Source of the DNA: Nostoc sp. PCC 7120 = FACHB-418
GTDB lineage: Bacteria; Cyanobacteriota; Cyanobacteriia; Cyanobacteriales; Nostocaceae
Length of the DNA stretch: 32,000 nucleotides
Assembly: GCF_000009705.1 (NCBI RefSeq)
Contig: NC_003272.1
Coordinates: 390,001-422,000 of the forward strand
Direction: 5' to 3'
The translations under genes were made by a program, and so were the position numbers. The notes below the pieces were generated by a model, which made no database searches, was not told where the DNA came from, and saw nothing but the letters and a program-made list of their open reading frames with translations. Shown here piece by piece: positions 26,331 to 32,000 of this stretch (within the stretch, counting starts at the first letter, position 1; every line of letters begins with the position of its first letter).

Positions 26331-28983
26331 TCAAAGCCAATTTCCTATGAGGATAAATGCTGACCAATAGTATGGATGGTCATATTTGTCATTAATTTCT
26401 GGTATTTGTTTGGCATTGATTAGTTTTAACTGTGCTGCTTGTAAGGCTTGTGCTTTACTCATTCCTGCATTGCGTAACTTATCATAAAACTCGGCAATTA
26501 AGTTGGCTGTAGAGTCATCGTCTACAGGCCATAGTGAAGCTAAGGCGCTTTTTGTCCCAGCTTGCAATGCTACACCAGCTAAACCTAGTGTAGCGCGATC
26601 GTCACCTGTAGCTGTTTCACAAGCCGTTAATGTTAATAGTTCCACAGCATTAGAAATATTACCAGCTTGGCGCAGTATGGTTTCTAGTTTGTCAATGGTG
26701 AGCTTTTCATTATTACCTATTACCAGAAACGTATCTTCTGGGATAATACCGAACTGTGCATGGGTCGCAATATGAATAATGGGATAAGTTTTTTCTTGAA
26801 TTTCCTTTTTTAAGTTGTGGATAGCAAACTCTTCATTTTCTAATTTTTTACTTTCAGGAAATATTTTTTTAATAGCCGTATATTCTATAGGGAAATATGC
26901 AAGTTCAGGAAAAACCTTGTTATCAATTTTACTTTCTTGACTCAAAGCTAAAACTAAAGCACGATTGACTTGTGAGCTTAACGGTTTTAAGTCGGTCAAT
27001 TGTAAACTAGAAGTTGTGGCAACAGCATATTTTTCAGTTAAATACCTGCTTTCTTTTTTGTCGTAAAGTGCAGCCATTGGGACATCACGCAAGAAACCAT
27101 CTTGAATAAAAACTAAAGTTTTAATTCTTTGTTCGGTTAAATATTTTTCAATTGGACTAATGATTGCATCATAAATATTTTCGGCATCTTTCGTACTGTA
27201 GTTGATAGTCTGTTGCGCTAGTAAACTATTACGGAATTGAAATATTTCCTGACGCAACATTTCTTGATTTTTATTCTCTACCCAATGTAAATACTCTTGT
27301 TGATTGGGTAGACTGAGTAAAATTCCTATTTTATCTTTAAAAATAATTGAACTAATCACCGCAGTATCTTTTTCTATGACTTGATGCAGTGAGTTATTGT
27401 TCAAAGCTGCTAAAATACAATCATTACCAAAATAATTTTGGATTTCTGCTTGTCGGAGGGAATTGATAGTAGTCAACGCACTATTTAGTTGTTGATTTCG
27501 CCTTACACTATCTTGATTATTAGATGTAGCTAGTTCTAGCTGAAGTTGTGCTAGTTGTCGGTAGACAGGCTCAACAACATCGCGGAAATCAAATTGAAAA
27601 TCACGGTTTGTAGTTAAAATATCACTGCGTAGTTCTTCTAGTGTTTTATAAGCTCTTTCATAAAAAGAGAGTGCTTGATTAAATTGCTTTTGTGCTGCTA
27701 GAATCCTGCCCGCTTGCCACTCCCACAAATATAAACTGTCTTTTGCTTGCAAATTTTGATCAGCGAACCAAATAGCCTGATTAGTTAATTCCCAAGCAGA
27801 TTTATACGCTTTCTGGCATTCATATAAATGTCCTAATTCTCCCAGAGCATAAGATGTAGATCGGGCATCTTGTAACTTTTGGGCAGTTTTAATGGCTTGA
27901 TTAAAAAGCTGCTTAACTTGTACTTCCGGCAATCTTGTTTGTTGGTAGCATTGATTTATGGATGCAGTGAATTCATCATTAATACTAGGTAAGTTAGCCA
28001 ATTCAATTTCAGCATATACTTTGTTAATTGAATCTGGTAGTTGCTCAATGAGAGCTAAAGCTTGTTGGATATTTGTCTCAATTTGCTTTGGATTGAAAAT
28101 ATTAATGTCTATAGTTCGATAAGCAAGTTTGATTAAATTTATATGGCTACGTAGTTCAGCAATTTGATTATTTTCTTTAGCTGCTACCCCAATACTTTTT
28201 TGCAAAGAATTTATGGCTGTTATATAATCATCTTTAGAACGTTGTACAAACTCATTCTCTTTAGAAGAGTTATGATTTTGAGCAGATTTAGCGCGTAAAT
28301 TCCAAAGTTGGGCGCGGCTAGCGTAAGCATTAGCTAAACTGTTGAGGATAGCAAAGTTGTCGGTTTGATTTTGGCTATTGCTGACAGTCTCTAGATATTT
28401 AATTGATAAATCATAATTACCTTGCAGACGGTGGGCTTCTCCTAAACTTCCTAAGGCTGCAATCTCTCCTGATTTATCTTGTTGTTCCTGGGCAATTTGT
28501 AATGCACTCCCTGTTTGACAAGTTAATGTATTTACACCACATAAAAGACTGATAGCTTTTTTTTGTTTGTCCTGAATTACTATAAATTTGTGCTATTTCA
28601 GTGAGAATCCTTCCGACTTTTTGCAAATTTTTTTGAGAGTGATAATAATCTTTTACCTTTTCCCAATAACTCAAGGTTAAGCTTTTATTACCTAACTGCT
28701 GATAAGTTCTAGCTAAATTTTCGTTAATGATTGCTATATTACGAAAGTCATTGTTTTTTTGATAAGAATCTAAAGCAGCTTCCCAAGGTTTAATCGCTGC
28801 ATGAAAATCTCCTTTTTTATAGCTTTCAATACCCTGATTAACAAGTTTATAAGCATCAGGAGTTTGAGCATTTACTATAGCTACTGGATGAGAATTACCG
28901 AAACATATACAGAGTATGAGGCTGGTACTAAATAGGGTTGCTAGCCAAGAATAAAAAAATGATTTAAAAATTTTACTAAACAC
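26331..28983 (-). pseudogene. Exported TPR-repeat CHAT-domain (caspase-like) protease, reading frame interrupted at an A8 run
   Basis: The N-terminal ORF 28474..28983 holds a signal peptide plus TPRs. The C-terminal frame (track 26331..28205, with an artificial TTG start) is open up to about 28585 and reads ..QTKKAISLLCGVNTLTCQTGSALQIAQEQQDKSGEIAALGSLGEAHRLQGNYD.. A +1 shift in the A8 run (T8 on + at 28557-28564) joins them into about 884 aa. CHAT motifs are IIHIATHAQFG, LLTLTACETATGD and HPYYWSAFILIGNW. Confidence 0.75.
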
Positions 28984-29057
28984 GTATGTTTATTGATAGA
29001 TGTAGGATTCGTTTGCTATTTATTTTAATGGAAAAATAGATACAGCACTTTGCGCGA

Positions 29058-29711
29058 CTAACTGGTACAGTAGCAACAGTGAGAAAAGTAGTTTTGGAGT
29101 TGCTGACTTGAGCATAAGAGAACTCCTAGTGACAACAGTTGTACTACTGCCAAAATATTTTTTGGTGAAAACTTGCGGATAAATGCTTTGAGTTGCCACC
29201 AGAGATGTTCTATGGGGTTAAATTCAGGTGAATAAGGTGATAAATAAACTACCCTTGCGCCTACGGACTCGATCATTTCAATAATCCCCTTCATTTTATG
29301 TGCTTTGAGATTATCCATGACCACTACTGCCCCTTTCCACAATTTCGGTAATAGCTCTTGTTCCACAAATTTTTTGAAGTCTTCTCCATTCATTGATGGC
29401 CCTAATGTTTTGAGGGAGAGGATTGATTTGTTAGTAATAGCCCCCACTACGGTAACTCTGCTTCCACGGTAAAATGGTTTGACATCATAAACTCTGTCTC
29501 CCTTTTTACTTCTGCCCATTCCTCTCGTTAATCCGAGTAATACGCCCATTTCATCTACAAAAACTAGGTCATCTGCAACAATATCTCGGACGCTTTCCCA
29601 GTAAGAAAGCCTTTTATTTTGTGTAATTTCTGTTCCTGCTTGACTACTTCGTACTGTTTTTTTTGAGGGTGAGCTTCTGTTTCTGAAGAAATCTGCACAT
29701 TGCACTCTCAC
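29058..29711 (-). CDS. IS630-family transposase, DDE catalytic part (orfB, +1 frame relative to orfA)
   Basis: The DD(35)E-type triad context is VFVDEMG, VVVMDNLKAHK, YSPEFNPIEHLW. It overlaps orfA across the A8 run at 29657-29664. Confidence 0.8.
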   Translation of the reverse strand: MRVQCADFFRNRSSPSKKTVRSSQAGTEITQNKRLSYWESVRDIVADDLVFVDEMGVLLGLTRGMGRSKKGDRVYDVKPFYRGSRVTVVGAITNKSILSLKTLGPSMNGEDFKKFVEQELLPKLWKGAVVVMDNLKAHKMKGIIEMIESVGARVVYLSPYSPEFNPIEHLWWQLKAFIRKFSPKNILAVVQLLSLGVLLCSSQQLQNYFSHCCYCTS

Positions 29712-30003
29712 TTAACCTTACCCCTGTCTTTTCTTCCCAATACTCACAGTATTCGGCTAGGGTATAGTCTAGATGTTCTGCTACCATTTGCTCTATCTGT
29801 TGTTCATAACCAGATACTTGGCTTGGTTTTCCTCCTGTCGCTACACTTGGCTCTAGCGTCCCTTTTTCTCGTTTTCGCTTCACGAGGTTTTGTACTGTAT
29901 TTTTACTTACCTTGAATCTTTCTGCTACTTTGCGAATAGATGTATTTCCCGCTTCGTAAACGCTAATAATTTTTGAGCGCAGGTCTACTGAGTAGGGTTT
30001 CAT
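29644..30003 (-). CDS. IS630-family transposase, N-terminal HTH part (orfA)
   Basis: MKPYSVDLRSKIISVYEAGNTSIRKVAERFKVSKNTVQNLVKR is a paired-like HTH. The ORF ends just after the A8 run. Confidence 0.8.
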   Translation of the reverse strand: MKPYSVDLRSKIISVYEAGNTSIRKVAERFKVSKNTVQNLVKRKREKGTLEPSVATGGKPSQVSGYEQQIEQMVAEHLDYTLAEYCEYWEEKTGVRLSESAMCRFLQKQKLTLKKNSTK

Positions 30004-30061
30004 CTGATTTTTTACTTTTATCTTCTCAACTACTGTACCAAACCGTTAGACAAAGTGCTGT

Positions 30062-30107
30062 AATCACTAACATAGAAGCTGGTAATTTTCCCCTTATGTT
30101 AGTGATT
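30062..30107 (-). terminator. 13-bp perfect hairpin downstream of the RTX gene, abutting the IS630 end
   Basis: AATCACTAACATA, 20-nt loop, TATGTTAGTGATT. The T-rich tract expected after it on the minus strand (TATCTATTTTTCC) now lies on the far side of the IS, at 29028-29042. Confidence 0.45.
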
Positions 30108-30123
30108 TACTTGCCATAAATCC

Positions 30124-32000
30124 CTAAGCAACAACGAGAATATCTGCATTGGTCAAGGACAGTCCAGTATTGAGGGTAGCAAATTGAACTTTAGCGATCG
30201 CACCCGTGCCATCCTGATCAAAGAAGAGAGCGCCGTTGTTTCGGTCGTAGAGGAATCGGTGGCTAGCAGTAGTGGCGGCTGAACCTAGTAAAAACTGACT
30301 AGATGCGATCGCCGCACCTACAACCAACCCGCCACCAAAGCCAGCCGCAGAGACAACAATAGTGTCATCAACCACGTTAAAATCGGTAATTCTGTCGATA
30401 CCTTCACTACGAGAATTGAATGTAAAGCGATCGCGTCCTACACCCCCTGTTAGTGTATCGTTACCAGTACCACCAACGAGGATGTCATTACCGTTACCAC
30501 CAAGGAGAGTATCAACACCTGCACTACCATTAAGAGTATCATTGCCATCTCCACCATTTAGGGTATTGTTGCCACTGTTACCTGTAATGACGTTGTTAAG
30601 ACGGTTACCTGTACCATTGATTGCAGATGTACCTGTGAGAGTCAAATTCTCTAAACTATTGCCTAATGTATAGCTGATAGATGACTGAACTAAGTCTGTA
30701 CCTTGGTTGGCATTTTCCAAAACGTAGTCGCCTATACTATCAACAATGTAGGTGTCGTTACCTCCGCCACCAAGCATCGTATCATTGCCTGTACCACCAT
30801 TGAGAATGTCATTACCATTGCCAGCAATCAGGAAATCATTACCAGCATCGCCATTGAGGGTATTATTGCCACTGTTGCCAGTGATCGTATTGTTGAGACT
30901 GTTACCTGTACCGTTGATTGCACCCGTACCAGTCAGAGTCAAATTTTCTACATTCGCGCCCAGAGTATAAGTAACAGATGACTGAACTGTGTCTATACCT
31001 TCGTTAGCGTTTTCCGTAACGATATCCCCAGTGCTATTGACTATATATGTGTCGTTACCTCTACCACCCCTGAGCGTATCGTTACCTACTCCGCCATCGA
31101 GAGTATCATTACCCCTACCACCATGCAAAACGTTAGCAGCACTATTACCGATAATTGTGTCATTACCATCACCACCAAAAGCATTTTCGATTGTAGTTCC
31201 CGTACTGATAGTTAAGACGGTTCCATTGAGGATACTTGTAGACCCTGGATTTAGGTTGAGGTAAGAGTCAGCAGTAATCGCCGCCGCATTAATCGTGTCA
31301 GTACCTGAACTATCGGTTAGTGTCGTTGAGCCATAAAAACCATACTCATTGGTGTAGAAATAAGTGTCATTGATAGTATCAGCATCGCCGTATAAATTTA
31401 ATTTCCAACTATTAAAAATGCCGATATCTGAGGGGCCTAAATCTTGTATTGTCAGTGTCCAATTGCCAGCGCTGGTTTCTCCCCAGTGTTGCGTACTGGA
31501 GAGTTTAAACACAATATTGTCTCCCTCATCTTCCTTATTACCAGGTTGATGAACCAAAACACTCTGAACCCCACTCGGAGAAGTCAGGTAAACAACTATA
31601 TCACCCCGATAAGGATGAGTCAGATTAAGTTCTACTTCTACCCAGTCAATTTCTAAGCCAGCCGCCACCGTAAAAGTGTGACTAATTCCTGCCTCATCGT
31701 TATCAGGAACAGTCAAACCTAGATTACCTGAACTGTAAGAAAGAGACTGCTCGTTGTTGAATCGGCTCTGTTTTTGCCAAGTCTCAGCCAAACGCACAGC
31801 AGCAAGCGCATCTACCAAACCGAACCCATAATCATGGCTGACGTGTAAACCCCCACCATTAAAATTGTTAGCACCGTTAATTTGCCAAATGTAATTTCCC
31901 CCTACGTTATAGAAATCATTCTGGCGGGCGGAATAGGCGAGAATTTCTTGTATGTCTCGATAACCTAAATTCCGATTGGCTTCCAGCATTAAGGCGACTA
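30124..32000 (-). CDS. Kexin/subtilisin-like S8 peptidase (C-terminal part) - P-domain - RTX calcium-binding repeat exoprotein; 5' end outside window
   Basis: The frame is open to the window edge. HDYGFGLVDALAAV marks the end of the S8 domain. The P-domain is HPYRGDIVVYLTSPSGVQSVL..WGETSAGNWTLTIQD. Many GGxGNDxL nonapeptides follow, then the tail DRITDF..RFLYDRNNGALFFDQDG. Confidence 0.85.
   Translation of the reverse strand, partial: VALMLEANRNLGYRDIQEILAYSARQNDFYNVGGNYIWQINGANNFNGGGLHVSHDYGFGLVDALAAVRLAETWQKQSRFNNEQSLSYSSGNLGLTVPDNDEAGISHTFTVAAGLEIDWVEVELNLTHPYRGDIVVYLTSPSGVQSVLVHQPGNKEDEGDNIVFKLSSTQHWGETSAGNWTLTIQDLGPSDIGIFNSWKLNLYGDADTINDTYFYTNEYGFYGSTTLTDSSGTDTINAAAITADSYLNLNPGSTSILNGTVLTISTGTTIENAFGGDGNDTIIGNSAANVLHGGRGNDTLDGGVGNDTLRGGRGNDTYIVNSTGDIVTENANEGIDTVQSSVTYTLGANVENLTLTGTGAINGTGNSLNNTITGNSGNNTLNGDAGNDFLIAGNGNDILNGGTGNDTMLGGGGNDTYIVDSIGDYVLENANQGTDLVQSSISYTLGNSLENLTLTGTSAINGTGNRLNNVITGNSGNNTLNGGDGNDTLNGSAGVDTLLGGNGNDILVGGTGNDTLTGGVGRDRFTFNSRSEGIDRITDFNVVDDTIVVSAAGFGGGLVVGAAIASSQFLLGSAATTASHRFLYDRNNGALFFDQDGTGAIAKVQFATLNTGLSLTNADILVVA
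30480..31073 (-). repeat. Two tandem ~297-bp (99-codon) modules inside the RTX region (boundaries approximate)
   Basis: Sequence at 30661-30720 aligns with 30958-31017, and 30541-30600 with 30838-30897, at roughly three quarters identity by eye. The protein modules are GNDTYIV(N/D)S.GD.V.ENA..G.D.VQSS..YTLG...ENLTLTGT.AINGTGN.LNN.ITGNSGNNTLNG. Confidence 0.7.

Larger units (their letters stand above)
29043..30060 (-). mobile_element. IS630/Tc1-mariner-family insertion sequence (~1018 bp) flanked by TA
   Basis: Imperfect 31-bp terminal inverted repeats, about 23/31 matching: CAGCACTTTG..TGGTACAGTAG at 29043 and its complement ending at 30060. TA dinucleotides flank both sides (29041-42, 30061-62). 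It encodes HTH and DDE ORFs. Confidence 0.85.

Noticed and set aside
26503-26775. 90-aa plus-strand ORF inside the CHAT domain region.
   Set aside because: It is antisense to the conserved CHAT catalytic segment.
28557-28564. Programmed +1 ribosomal frameshifting as the expression mode of the CHAT gene.
   Set aside because: No known +1 shift context (rare or stop codon in the A site) is visible at the run. Mutation, sequencing error or slipped-strand variation are more parsimonious.
29700-29915. 71-aa plus-strand ORF inside the IS630 element.
   Set aside because: It is antisense to transposase orfA.
30362-31264. Plus-strand ORFs 30362..30673, 30703..30981, 30752..30970 and 30989..31264, which encode Leu/Pro/Val/Ser-rich repetitive proteins.
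   Set aside because: They are antisense shadows of the GGxGNDxL RTX repeats on the minus strand. They have no independent start context, and the minus-strand protein has clear domain logic.
1-32000. Search for tRNA, rRNA, tmRNA or RNase P-like sequences in intergenic regions.
   Set aside because: I found no T-loop (GGTTCGAAT-like) plus acceptor-stem combinations and no rRNA-like conserved blocks by eye. Absence is not proven without covariance-model scans.

Overview
This is a chromosomal window from a filamentous (Nostoc/Anabaena-like) cyanobacterium. The assignment rests on at least 25 by-eye copies of the HIP1 octamer GCGATCGC, heptameric STRR tandem repeats in intergenic DNA, and gene content (ndhD, Hanks-kinase/histidine-kinase hybrid). 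Roughly 1-22 kb holds core and regulatory genes: the tail of a STAND-type NTPase, a DUF2207-like protein ending in 21 Gly, a DAACS symporter, a secreted TPR protein, a Ser/Thr kinase fused to a periplasmic-binding-protein domain, a MerR/GyrI-like regulator, thrB, ndhD, 2TM and ABM-domain membrane proteins, an SDR + beta-propeller operon with a divergent LysR regulator, an SDR gene remnant, an 1804-aa kinase-ATPase-GAF-histidine kinase, and rlmN. Roughly 22.3-32 kb looks accessory, and 22913-30193 is visibly AT-rich and HIP1-free. It holds a NarL/LuxR-type response regulator, a CHASE2 sensor histidine kinase (frame broken at an A7 run), a secreted DUF928 protein, an exported TPR-CHAT caspase-like protease (frame broken at an A8 run), an IS630-family element flanked by TA, and a kexin-like S8/P-domain/RTX exoprotein that runs off the window. 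The best candidate for an undescribed system is the RR / CHASE2-HK / DUF928 / TPR-CHAT module, whose sensing parts are all predicted to be extracytoplasmic. No rRNA, tRNA or CRISPR array was recognised. All domain calls come from motif recognition by eye, not database searches.
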